A DNA stretch of 64,000 bases, taken from Octopus bimaculoides. Its lineage: Eukaryota. Every line of letters begins with the position of its first letter. The stretch's first letter is position 1. The stretch lies in assembly GCF_001194135.2 (NCBI RefSeq), contig NC_069002.1:13001708-13065707 (forward strand). The letters run 5' to 3'. The notes below the pieces were generated by a model. That model saw only the letters and a list, made by a program, of their open reading frames with translations. It made no database searches and had not been told where the DNA came from. Below, one piece after another: positions 12,495 through 24,423 of this stretch. The position numbers and the translations under genes were made by a program.

Positions 12495-12633
12495 ACTATT
12501 TTGGCTGTGTATGCTCCAGCCTTCTTCAGGTGTTTTGTGATTCACCTTGTGATGCCTTGCCTGGGATTGAACTCAGAAGCTCTAGGTGACTGCACTGCAT
12601 TAACCAATGCCTTTATCCACTATGCTATGCCTG
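12495..12633 (-). mobile_element. tRNA-headed short repeat with hammerhead-like 3' part
   Basis: A-box/B-box-like head (TAGTGGATAAAGG...GAGTTCAATCCC), then CTGAAGA-A-GGCTG/CAGCC stem-AAAAT; second copy at 53077-53212(+). Confidence 0.55.
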
Positions 12634-12663
12634 CAAGCAGTGACAGAGTGAGTTTTTAAGGTT

Positions 12664-13050
12664 TACTCTTTTACTTGTTTCAGTCATTTGACTGTGGCCA
12701 TGCTGGAGCACCGCCTTTAGTCAAGCACATTGACCCTGGGACTTATTCTTTGTAAGCCTAGTACTTATTCTATCGGTCTCTTTTGCTGAACTGCTAAGTG
12801 ACGGTGACATAAACACACCAGCATCGGTTGTCAAGCGATGTTGTGGGGACAAACACAGACACACAAACACACATATATACATATATATGACGGGCTTCTT
12901 TCAGTTTCCGTCTACCAAATCCACTCACAAGGCTTTGGTCGGCCCGAGGCTACAGTAGAAGACACTTGCCCAAGGTGCCACGCAGTGGGACTGAACCCGG
13001 AACCATGTGGTTGATAAGCAAGCTACTTACCACACAGCCACTCCTGCGCC
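12664..13050 (-). mobile_element. tRNA-derived SINE, family A (full length)
   Basis: Head GGAGTGGCTGTGTGG (A box) ... GGTTCAGTCC (B-box-like), central (TA/CA)n, tail GACTGAAACAAGTAAAAGAG; many near-identical copies in the window. Confidence 0.9.
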
Positions 13051-13531
13051 TTACAAAACTTTCACTGAGGTCTTACATTGGCAACTCAGAAATACAGAAT
13101 TATATCATTTCCCTTAGTTCAGTCAGAGATTTCGCTATAACACAGACCCTAACCCTAACTCCTAATTCCTCTGCCCTGATTCACTCCTATTCATTTCGTA
13201 CCTTGAGGTGCCACTTCCACCCCTCTATCATACTCTGACACCTCATCTCCTAGCATAAACCTGACCCCTACTCCTTGGGGTTTATAGTCATGAATGTTGC
13301 ATGGTAACAGCACTAATGCTGGTGGTGTGAAAAAGCAGCCCAATATACGCTACACTATAAAGTGGTTGGCATTAGGAAGGGTATCCAGCCCTGGAAACCA
13401 TACCAAAGCAGACACTGGAGCGCAATGCAGTTCTTGGGGTCAATTATATCTCGTCAAACTGGCCAAACCATGTTAGCATGGAACATGGACACTAAATAAT
13501 GACGACAACAATCATCATGGTGTTGGTTGCA

Positions 13532-14120
13532 GTGGTAGTGGTGGGGATGGTGGTAGAGTTGGGGATGGTGGTAGTGGTGGGGATGGTGGCAGTGGTGGGG
13601 ATGGTGGCAGTGGCGGGGATGGTGGTAGTGGCGGGGATGGTGGTAGTGGTGGGGATGGTGGTAGTGGTGGGATGGCGGTAGTGGTAGGGATGGTGGTNNN
13701 NNNNNNNNNNNNNNNNNNNNNNNNNNNNNNNNNNNNNNNNNNNNNNNNNNNNNNNNNNNNNNNNNNNNNNNNNNNNNNNNNNNNNNNNNNNNNNNNNNNN
13801 NNNNNNNNNNNNNNNNNNNNNNNNNNNNNNNNNNNNNNNNNNNNNNNNNNNNNNNNNNNNNNNNNNNNNNNNNNNNNNNNNNNNNNNNNNNNNNNNNNNN
13901 NNNNNNNNNNNNNNNNNNNNNNNNNNNNNNNNNNNNNNNNNNNNNNNNNNNNNNNNNNNNNNNNNNNNNNNNNNNNNNNNNNNNNNNNNNNGATGGTGGT
14001 AGTGGTGGGATGGCGGTGGTGGTAGTGGTGGGATGGCGGTGGTGGTAGTGGTGGGAACGGTGGTAGAGTTGGGGATGGCGGTAGTAGTGTGGATGGCAAT
14101 AGTAGTGAGGATGGTGGTAC
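13532..14120. repeat. G-rich 18-bp minisatellite (ggtggtagtggtggggat)
   Basis: Tandem units on both sides of the gap 13698-13991. Confidence 0.85.
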
Positions 14121-14787
14121 TGGTGGGGTCAGTGGTGATGGTGGTGGCGATGGTAATAATGACAATGATATACTAAGACAGAAACCAAACAGATTGTAAA
14201 ACAAAGCAATAAAACGCTTTACTAAAATAACTACTTGAGAGATTGTGGAAAGTCCTAAATATGTGAACTAGTTCTTTTTTTTAATTACACTTTATCACAG
14301 TAACTGGTGAGCAGGTGCGTGTTTATGTGTGTTGAACATCTGTGTTAGCATGTGAGAAAGTGAATGGCTGTGTATATGTGTTTGTGTTTATGTGTATGAG
14401 AGTGAATATGAGTGTGTATGTATATTTGTGTGAATATGTTATATGTGGAAGTGAATGTGTGCATGTGTGAATGTGTGTTTGTGTAAGCATGTGTTCATAA
14501 GTGTGTGTGGTCAAAAAACAGACCGTGATCATATCAAATACAGGCCACTGTTAACCATTAAGATGGTTAAAAACCTACAAAAATAGCAGCCAAATCTCCC
14601 TCAGATTCACACTAACCTGTCTTAAAAATGAGGCATATTACATTAAAAGAGAAAGTCTTAAATGGAATGATCAGGTCTAGAAACTTGTACTCAGTTGGGG
14701 CTGACCAAGGGCTAAACCACTATAACTATAATAGTATGAGTCAACATTAAATAGCAGCCAAATCTCCCTCAAAACTATAGCCTACTG

Positions 14788-15514
14788 CAAGGGTGGGGAA
14801 ACCCCCGCCCACGGGTGCAATTGTGCCCGCAAGCCCATTTTATTGTGCCCACAGGCTGGTATACTCGTATGTACAAAATATAGTCAATTTTACAATTATA
14901 AAATTTATACAATATTCATATGCCTCTTTGCAACAAAGGTCGCGTTTCCACTATGACTTAAAACAGTTAGACTCGAACAGAAAATTGTCTGGCAATTTCC
15001 ATTTGAATGGAAATTTTGTTTTCCTGATAAAACACATATTGCTAAGTTTGTACCACCCGCTTCAGACCCAACTACATTCTAGCTGAAAAATATAGAATAC
15101 CGCATAAGTAATATAAATGTACCCTAAATTCAGGGGTGGTGTTAATGAAGATGTCATGTGTTAACTTAATGTGTTAAACTTATCTTTATTAATGTATATC
15201 TAATTATACATACATATATGCCCCTCACCTGGGGCATATATTTTTCTACACTCTCTGAGTGGTTGGCGTTAGGAAGGGCATCCAGCTGTAGAAACTCTGC
15301 CAAATCAGATTGGAGCCTGGTGTAGCCATCTGGTTCACCAGTCCTCAGTCAAATCGTCCAACCCATGCTAGCATGGAAAGCGGACGTTAAACGACGACGA
15401 CGATGATATATACAAGATTTACACAGATATAAGAGTTAGAACTCATGATCCACCCAAAGACCTTTTGTTTTTGGAAATTTCTGCTCACTGCACTAAATCG
15501 TTTCCCCACCCCTG
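14788..15514. mobile_element. hAT-type non-autonomous element carrying an RTE-tail insertion
   Basis: TIRs caagggtggggaaac/gtttccccacccctg (14/15) and 8-bp flanks gcctactg/gcctacca (6/8); RTE tail at 15245-15408 inside. Confidence 0.7.
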
Positions 15515-16124
15515 GCCTACCATTTTAAAAACAGATGGAAATGTCTGATAATATAGTCCTAGATACTGCACCTCCACTCCAGTTCAACACTCCCTACATT
15601 CACCTCGACCCCTCCAACTCCAACCATCAGTTACTCTCCCCTTCACACACTTATGAAACTACCCACCCACACCTTCATCTCTGCATCCTCTCATATGCTC
15701 TTGTATCTTGAGAGTTTGTTTTAGCGCCCTATCAATACCATCTTTATCTTCTTCCTGGCTGCTTCCATCAACCCTTAAATAATATATCACCTCTGTATCA
15801 AGACACATGTTCTTGTCCCTCTATCATACTAGAGCCCTTCAGCACTTGGCAGAGAACCACTTCTCTTATCCCTAATGACTTCTCTATCTAATGATGGGGA
15901 CTTTGTCCTTTTCTGTTTTCTTTTTATGTCTCTGCAAGTTACTTGGTAAACTCACAAGTGCTGGTGGCACAAGAAAGGCATCCAGTACTCTGTGTTTAGT
16001 GGTTAACGTTAGGAAGGGCTTTCTGCTGTAGAAACCATACCAAAGCAGACACTGGAGCTTAGTGCAGTTTGTTGGACCCTGTTAAACCATCCCACCCATG
16101 CCAGCATGGAAAATGGACGTTAAG

Positions 16125-16164
<40 letters not shown>

Positions 16165-17293
16165 ACCTGTCAAAAAGACATGATGTTCATATTTGGAAAG
16201 TTTGGGATTTCAACTTGACTCATTCAGGGCTGCCCAAAGCTCAAACAACAACAATTTGAACCCCTATTTCTTCTCCTATCATATCATTGAATTGTTTTCT
16301 GTTGATTTTCTTTTTCCTGTTTGTTTCAGATTTTCAATTATCACAATAATCTATAAATAGTATTTTTATATTTTTTTGTTTATATATTTATCTAGTTATC
16401 TATTTACTCATTAACTTTAATACTTATTTATTCTAAAAATAACTCTAAAAAACATCACTACCAAACATAATGTGTGTATTAATCAGCAACCTTTGATCCA
16501 GAAATGCTAGAATCATTTACTTTTAGTCATCAATTTACCATTTTTGCTTTCAAATATCAATTTGGACTAAGATGGCAAACCGATAGAATTGTCAGCATGA
16601 TGGACAAACTGTTCAGCAACATTTCGTATGTTTTTACATTCTGGGTTCAAATTCCACCAATGTCAACTTTGCTTTTCATCCTTCCAGGGTAAATAAAACA
16701 AATACCGATTGTAAACTGGGGTCATTGTAATCGAATTACCCCCTCCCCTGAGTTTGCTGGCCTTGTGCTAAAATTTGAAACCAATATTAATTTGGATTGG
16801 ATTTTATTCTGTCTGGTCTTCATTTTCTTAAACTAATGTCCAGCATTGCTTTGTATGCTAATTACCATCCTATTTTTTAAACCTATTTCTTAAACTCTTC
16901 TCTCTTTCCCACCTTCTGTCTTTGTCCCTTCCTTTCACTGCCCCCTCCCTCCCTCTCTGAGCTTTAGACATTATAAATTTTTCCACAAGAATATTTCAAA
17001 TGAAATACAATGTCTGCATGTTTCAAAGTTTGAAAATAGTGAAAAAAAATCATCACCATCACCATTTAATATCCACTTTTTTCATGTTTGTGTCGGCTGG
17101 ATGAAAGTTGTTTCAGCAGATTTTTCTATGGCTGGATGTCCTTCCTCTCACCAACTCCTGCATACCACCAAATAATGTAATGTTTTCCCATGACCAAACA
17201 TGTCTTGGAAGATTGGAAATGAAGGACACTTGTTACATGATGGGAACAAAACTATCACATAATGTCAAGTAAAGGAGACACTAACACACACAC

Positions 17294-17339
<46 letters not shown>

Positions 17340-17629
17340 TTCTATTCTTTTATTTTTTTATGTTTTTACTTGTTTAAGTCATTTGACTGAGGCCATGTTG
17401 GAGCACTTTCTTAAAGGGTTTTAGTCAAAGAAATTTACTCCAGGACTTATTATTTGTAAGCCTAGTACTTGTTCCATCAGGCTCTATTGCTGAACCACTA
17501 AGTTACAGGGACATAAACACACCAACATTGGTTATCAAGTGATGGTGGGGAGACAAACAGACACAAAGACATGACCATAAATATATGTGTCTGTGTGTAT
17601 ATATGTATATATATATATATATTTATCAT

Positions 17630-18006
17630 GGCACTCCGTTGGTTATGATGATGAGGGTTCCAGTTGAACTGATCAATGGAACAGCCTGCTCGTGAAATTA
17701 ACGTGCAAGTGGCTGAGCACTCCACAGACACGTGTACCCTTAACGTAGTTCTTGGGAATATTCAGCGTGACACAGTGTGACAAGGATGACCCTTTGAAAT
17801 ACAGGTACAACAGAAACAGGAAGAAAGAGTGAGAGAAAGTTGTGGTGGAAGAGTACAGCAGGGTTCGCCACCATCCCCTGCCGGAGCCTTGTGGAGCTTT
17901 AGGTGTTTTTGCTCAATAAACACTCACAACGCCCGGTCTGAGAATCGAAACCGCGATCCTATGACCGCAAGTTCACTGCCCTAACCACTGGGCCATTGCG
18001 CCTCCA
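17630..18006 (-). mobile_element. tRNA-derived SINE, family C
   Basis: Head GTGGAGGCGCAATGGCCCAGTGGTTAGGGC...TTTCGATTC. A second copy is at 61445-61806(-) and a 3' half at 30884-31060(+). Confidence 0.85.
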
Positions 18007-18053
18007 CCCAATGTTACAATAACCTGACTGAAACCACCACCACTAATAATAAC

Positions 18054-18088
<35 letters not shown>

Positions 18089-18374
18089 CAATAATCCTTT
18101 CTACTATAGGCACAAGGTCTGAAATTTGGGGGAGGGGATAGTTGATTACATCAACCCCGGTACTCAACTAGTATTTATCGTATTGACCCTGAAAGGATGA
18201 AAGGCAAAGTGGACCTCAGCAGAATTTGGACTCAGAACATAAAGTCAGATGAAACACTGCTAAGCATTATGCCCTGCATTGCTAATGATTCTGCCAGTAC
18301 ATGATAGTGCTGTACAGATTTGGTGACAAAAGAGAATAAACCATTGAGAAATTATTAAATCATTTAAAACTTAC

Positions 18375-18593
18375 TGTTGCTTTGACTAAAGCCTGTTGAA
18401 GAAGCTGACAAACATCTTGACCAATTACACCCTCGCAACGGAAACCTTTTGTCCATTTTGACAGACGAGCAGAGGCAAGGCCATCTTGTACAAGGGGAAA
18501 GGAAAATGTGAATCCAAGACAAAGTGATCTTTCAGTCTCCAGTCCAGTAAAGTGGATGAAATTAGCCACACAATTAGCCACATGCCCAAACAG
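18375..18593 (-). CDS. HK: Hexokinase exon 4 (LFGHVANC...LGFTFSFP...WTKGF...LVKAT)
   Basis: Sugar-binding signature LGFTFSFP...WTKGF; ttacag|CTG acceptor and ACA|GTAAGT donor; 219 nt, phase 0 to 0. Confidence 0.97.
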
Positions 18594-18693
18594 CTGTAAA
18601 TACAAAAAGGGAAAAACGGGATTAGAAAAGAGAGAAACTGTACACAAGTTACATTCATATAAAAACCAAAATGAAATCAGATAAATTCTTTAA

Positions 18694-18911
18694 CCCTTTT
18701 GTTAACATATTTCTGTCGAGCTACTGTTTTCACTTCAGTTAATGTTAGCTATAATGAAGAGTTTATCAAAATAATTTTGTTATTATTAAGCTGATGTTTG
18801 GAACAAGTTAACACTGAGTTTTGATGGAAGAATTTAATTTAGAACTTTTGAAAGCATGACATTTGTACTACAGAACCAGGGATAGCCTCAGGTAGGTTGG
18901 TACCAAAAGGA
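18694..18911. mobile_element. piggyBac-like MITE
   Basis: TTAA on both sides (18690-18693, 18912-18915) and imperfect TIRs cccttttgttaac/ggtaccaaaagga (10/13); related internal sequence at about 2030-2200. Confidence 0.55.
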
Positions 18912-18939
18912 TTAACAAATTTTCATGACTATAATAAAT

Positions 18940-19330
18940 GAGTGGCTGTGTGGTAAGTAGCTTGCTTACCAACCACATGGTTCCGGGTTCATTCCCACTG
19001 CGTGGCACCTTGGGCAAGTGTCTTCTACTATAGCCTCGGGCAGACCAAAGCCTTGTGAGTGGATTTGGTAGATGGAAACTGAAAGAAGCTTGTCGTATAT
19101 ATGTATATATATATTTATAAGTATGTGTGTTTGTATCTGTGTTTGTCCCCCTAACATCGCTTGACAACCGATGCTGGTGTGTTTACGTCTCCATAAGCTA
19201 GCGGTTCAGCAAAAGAGATCGATAGAATAAGTACTAGGCTTCCAAAGAATAAGTCCCGGGGTCGATTTGCTCGACTAAAAGGCGGTGCTTCAGCATGGCC
19301 GCAGTTAAATGACTGAAACAAGTAAAATAG
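18940..19330 (+). mobile_element. SINE family A copy
   Basis: Full-length copy in HK intron 3. Confidence 0.9.
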
Positions 19331-19552
19331 TAAAATAGTAAATAGTAATATATATACCAGATCAGTTGCCCAGATGTTGGAGCTTTAATATGTCCATGCC
19401 CAGGGAAGCAACATGTTCAGAGCATGGTAGAATGCAGGATTAATTTGAAACAATGTGGATAAATAAGCTTTACAGTTCACAGATTAATCAGAATGCTGAA
19501 GGATTAAACAAAGAAAAAGGTAACGCTGGTCATTAATGAAGTAGTTTCTTAC

Positions 19553-19692
19553 CTGTTCACCTGTACCCAACATTACCTGCTGGGGGATGAGGTAGGTTTT
19601 GCTGACAATATCTGCCAAGGGTCCATTCAGATCAATGAATAAAACACGAAAGTTGGTTCCACCAAGATCAAGAGCTAAAAATTTGCCCTTCT
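19553..19692 (-). CDS. HK: Hexokinase exon 3 (EKGKFLALDLGGTNFRV...GTGEQ)
   Basis: Phosphate-1 motif LALDLGGTNFRV; ctgtag|AG acceptor and CAG|GTAAGA donor; 140 nt, phase 1 to 0. Confidence 0.97.
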
Positions 19693-20619
19693 CTACAGAA
19701 ATATAAGTAAATAAACAAATAATTAGATAATTTAAATTTTTTGAAAACATCTAATACATATATAATTGTAACAAGATAATATTTTTTTTTTTACATAGAA
19801 TAAAAAAAAAAAACATGCACAGGCATGGCTGTGTGGGCAAGCTGTTTGCTTCCCAACCACATGGTCCCTAGTTCCATCCCACTGCACAGTAACTTGGGCA
19901 AGGGATTTCTACCATAACTCTGAGATGATCAAAGCCTTGTGAGTGGACTTGGTAAATGGAGACTGAAAGAAGCCCATCATATATACATGTGTGTGTGTGT
20001 GTGCATGCATGTGTGTGTATGTGTGTCTTGACACTGCATGATAGTTGTAAATGAGTGTCACTGCCATACAAGCAGCATCATTCCTTTCCAGTTTTCTGTA
20101 AAAGCATGTCTGACCAAGGGGAAATATTAACTAACTTGGAAACATGTGGTGTGGCAATAGGAAGGGCATCTGGTTCTATAAAATCTGCCTCAACGAATTT
20201 TGTTTCACCCATGCAAACATGTAAAAAGTAGAGGTAAAAACAATGATGACAATGCAGCTGATGATGATGATGATGATGATGGCAGTGGTGATGATGGTAT
20301 TAGTCAGTCAGAAGTAGTGACACAAATTTTTTTGTTTGTTTGGGGCATAGGTCATATAGCCACACATTAGTATAATATATATGGTTCCAAGACTTTCTGG
20401 GACTCTTTTAGTTTGAAGGGGTTTAAAAAAAAACTTAAATGCAATCATCACTATCATTTAACATCAATTTTTCCAGGCTTGCCTGGTAAAATGGATATTT
20501 TAGCGAAGATATTGTTTTAGAAAACAATAGAATAGATAATAAATTAGTTAGTAGCCTAGAAAAAGCACAGAAAGGGGATAGCAAATGATGTGAAAGCAAC
20601 AAGTATTGCACTGAACTAT

Positions 20620-21410
20620 GTCTGAGCTAGGGTGTGTGCGCTGAAACATGAAGGCTCAAAAGCCATTGGTTAGGCCTGGGTAGCGAAGGCAAAGCACAGC
20701 AACAAATCTAGAATTCAGTCTGTGACAGACTGGAGCGGCCATGTGTTCCCTAATTCCAAACAGATGTGATGTTTTAGCAGCAGTTCACCAGCTTCCTTTT
20801 GAGGAGTGGCATACTTGAGACAGGGGGCTTTGAGATCTATCTTGATGGTATGCTGCACTTATTAGACAAGGAGATTGAGTGTTCCTAGAAGTCAATTCCA
20901 GTGGAGGAAGCGGCAGGTGTACTGAGCCACCATGTGGGATGCAAATCACCAGAATCAGATGGTCTTCCCCATGAACTACATTTCCACATGTCTGACTTGT
21001 TTGCTCCAGATTTGGTAGCTGTCTACTGCACCTGGCAACAGACTGGGAACATTCCCAGTCACGTGAGCTAAGGAGTGGTGACTCTGCTAAGAAAAGATCC
21101 AAACAAGAGAAATATAGTTGAAAACTTTAGTCCCATAATTCTGCTCAACACTGGATTAAATAATTTAGCTAAGGAGCTTGCCATGAGGCTTGCACTTGTC
21201 TGTAGTGTAGTCGAGGACACACAAACCTGTGCAATCCTCAGTAAGTCTATCCATGACAACCTCCACCTAGCGCAGTACATCGTAGAACAGGTCAGAAACA
21301 GATCTGGCTTTGGAGGGGCACTGGTCAATTTGGATCATTCTTAGGCATTTAACAGAGTGGACTCTCGCTATCAGGTGGCTGTCCTAAAAGCTGTTGGCTT
21401 TGGTCCTCCT
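20620..21410 (+). mobile_element. L1/Tx1-like LINE ORF2 (RT) fragment in HK intron 2
   Basis: KSPESDGLP...GVVTLLRK...NFSPIILLNT...LAK.LA.RL...SIHDNL...LVNLDHS*AFNRVD...AVGFG matches the N-terminal RT motifs of L1/Tx1 elements; several stops. Confidence 0.8.
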
Positions 21411-21489
21411 CTCAAAATTGCTGGCTTCGTGTCAAAACTAGAAAGTATTAGAAATGTTTATCATAAGAGAGAGTGTGCTCCATAGTTAC

Positions 21490-21652
21490 CTGAACCCTCT
21501 GGCAATGCACGGACGTAGGACGGAAACATCTTGATATCAGCAGTAGCATGGGTAGTTTTTCCCAAACCATTTTTCATCTCCTCTTTCCATAATGCCATCA
21601 CCTGGTGGTATGTGGCTGATGGCAGCTTGAAACCTTTCACCAAAGATTCAAT
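21490..21652 (-). CDS. HK: Hexokinase exon 2 (IESLVKGFKL...IKMFPSYVRALPEGS)
   Basis: ttttgcag|ATT acceptor and TCAG|GTAACT donor; 163 nt, the same size as vertebrate HK exon 2; contains the KM.PSYV..LP.G motif. Confidence 0.96.
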
Positions 21653-21919
21653 CTGCAAAAAACACAAAAATAAAGAGATTTAGAAAGTTAAAAGGAAGGA
21701 GACGAGGTGGTATTGTGTTTTAGGATTTGGCGCTTTATTTTACTTATAAATTTTGTTGGCTGGGGGCTATAATAGAAGACACTTGCCTAAGGTGGCATGC
21801 AGTGAGACTGAATCTGAGACCACAAATTCGACCTCAGTGAAATTTGACCTCAGAACATAGTGACGGGCAAAATACCACTAAGCATTTCGTCCAGCATGCT
21901 AACAATTATAATAATAATA

Positions 21920-22246
21920 ACAAGAGCACTCAGAGAGCGCAAACCTCTGTCAAGGCAACACCAACATCCTCTCGACAAATAGCCAGAAATTATTTTTAAA
22001 ATGAAAATATCTGAAATAAACTTGACTCTCAAAAATTAAATTAAAAAAAAACGGAAAAATAACCCAGAATCCTGGTCTGGGACTGGATTGATCCCAAAAT
22101 CTAATCAGTTCGTGCTAGTCATGGGGCCAAACATCCCTGAAAGTTTCATCCGAATCCATCCACTGGTTCTTGAGATATCTTGTCCAGGGACAAACAAACA
22201 TACATGACTAAAAACAATACCTCCGCCTTCGCTAAAGCGGAGGTAA
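21920..22246 (+). mobile_element. Helentron/Helitron-like non-autonomous element
   Basis: 5' acaagagcactcagagagcgcaaacctctgtcaagg, 3' hairpin tacctccgc-N10-gcggaggta (22218-22245), inserted in (AAT)n. The family assignment is from memory. Confidence 0.5.
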
Positions 22247-24376
22247 TGATATTAATAATAATAATAATAACAATAATAATAATAACAATAATAATAATAT
22301 TAATAATAATAAAGATATCAGTGGGACCATCAAAGGGGGGAAGATGATAGTTGTGGTGAATGGTAGGGAGCACATCTTAACAAAAACAAGAAAAGATAGA
22401 CCAATAACCCATATCTTTCAAGAAAACAAGAATTGGGCAACAACAACAACAACAAAAGCATGAACTTTCCCAGCTCCTTGTCAAACCATCTGACCCATGC
22501 CAGCATGGAGAGCAGACGTTAAATGATAATGAAACAGACAAACCCGAAATGGGTGTGATTTGATAAAGACTTGGCTGCTATGCCAAGCATTGCAAACAAC
22601 TACGTAGAAGCTTCCTAGGAGATGGTGGTGAGTCGTATCGAGAAACCGCATTAATTCACCAAACTGTTTACTTCTGACCTTTGGCTTGGAAATGTCACCA
22701 CGAAAAACAAAAAGAAGAAAAAAAAACTAACACCATTTCATTATCACCACCACCACCACAGTCCACCTAAACTTGATGATGTTATTGTTGTAAACATTAC
22801 TGTCAAAAGAGAAGTGGTGGAAGACGGTTGAATCTGCAAAGTAAGGAAATGAAATAGCTTTTGGTATTTAAATGCATCTCCTTTATGCCCTGAGTTCAAA
22901 ATCATGTCAAAGCTGATTTTGTTTTCACCCTCCAAGGAGAGGATGAGGTTAATAATATTCACCATTTCCACTCCCCACAAAGTGTGTGGTCTTGTACCAA
23001 AGTTAGACATCATTAGTATCGAAAAGAGAAAAGCAGTGAGTGGGCAGGATTGTTAACAATGCCAGAGAAAATGCTTAGAAGTAAGTAATTCGTCCAGCTT
23101 TTTGCATTCTGACTTGAAATGCCACAAAGGTTGACTTCGTCTTCCATCCTCTCGGGATTGATAAAATAAAGTACTAGTAATGGTGAGGGCAGGAGAGTCA
23201 ATGTAACTGACTTTTGCCCTTCCCCTCAAAGTTTGTTGCCCTTATGTCAAAATAAGAAAGAATTATTATCAGTATAAGGAATGGCAGTAAATTGCCAGAC
23301 TCAATAAAGAGAAACACAAAACAAAATACCTTATGGTATTTAGTTGAGATCATTTATGTTCTGAGTTCAAATCCCGCTTGGCTTGGTTCTGTATTTCAAC
23401 CTTCCAGAGGTTAATAAAATAAAGTAAAATAAAGTACCAGTTAAGTACCAGGTTGATAGATTTAATCTGTTGTCTGGTCTAATTTAACCCCACCTGGCAC
23501 TTGGATACCTTTATCAGAGTTAAACTCTTTTGGAAGCATTTTTGCGAGGCTTTTGGTTTGAGGATAAATTCCTCAATTCCATTGACACCTAAGTTTCATT
23601 AGTCTTGCAAAGAGGTCAACAGTGCTGCCCTACCTCAAATGACTAACACATAAAAAAAAATATTTACGTTTGAAACAACACCAAAATAGCTTATCAATGT
23701 TTGCCCAAAAGCAGAATTAGAAGGTCTTATCATCATTGCACAAAACTTTAGTGTACCTTTATAGAAGCTATGACAAAAATATAAACAATCAAGGTAAAAG
23801 ATAAGATAATAACTGTGATTATAACAAATAAAATCACAATGTTTGAGAAAAATTTGTTGTGGTCTGTGGCGGCAAAAATTATTTGACAATTCTACTTTTG
23901 GAACAGTGAATCTTGAAGCAGATAAAGCTATAAATAATAGCATGTAAATATTAGATTGAAAACTCTTTGGATAGAAAAAAATCAACAGCTGCCTATGGGG
24001 TTTGAAACAGCATCTCCTGAAAACCCAATGAGTGTTCCTTAGGGTTTCTAAATTCTTATAACATCAACAATATTTTAATGAAATTTTCAAATTTTGAAAA
24101 CTGAAGTTGTTGTTGTTGTTTAGCTGAAGATCAGACCTGATTAAAGTAGACCTATGATCTAAGGTGTTCTACCTGTGACCATCCCAATGAGGTCACATGT
24201 GAAGGAAGCACAGGAACACTTAGCCAACATGTTCTTATATAAGACAGCTGGGTGTGATTTGAAGGAAATTGGGCTGTTATTTCTAGCAGCTTGAATGATC
24301 ATGTAGGAATGTTTGCTCTGCTTCAGTGTGTGTGTGTGTGCGTGTGTGTGTGCACGTGCATGCATGTGTGTATGTG

Positions 24377-24423
<47 letters not shown>

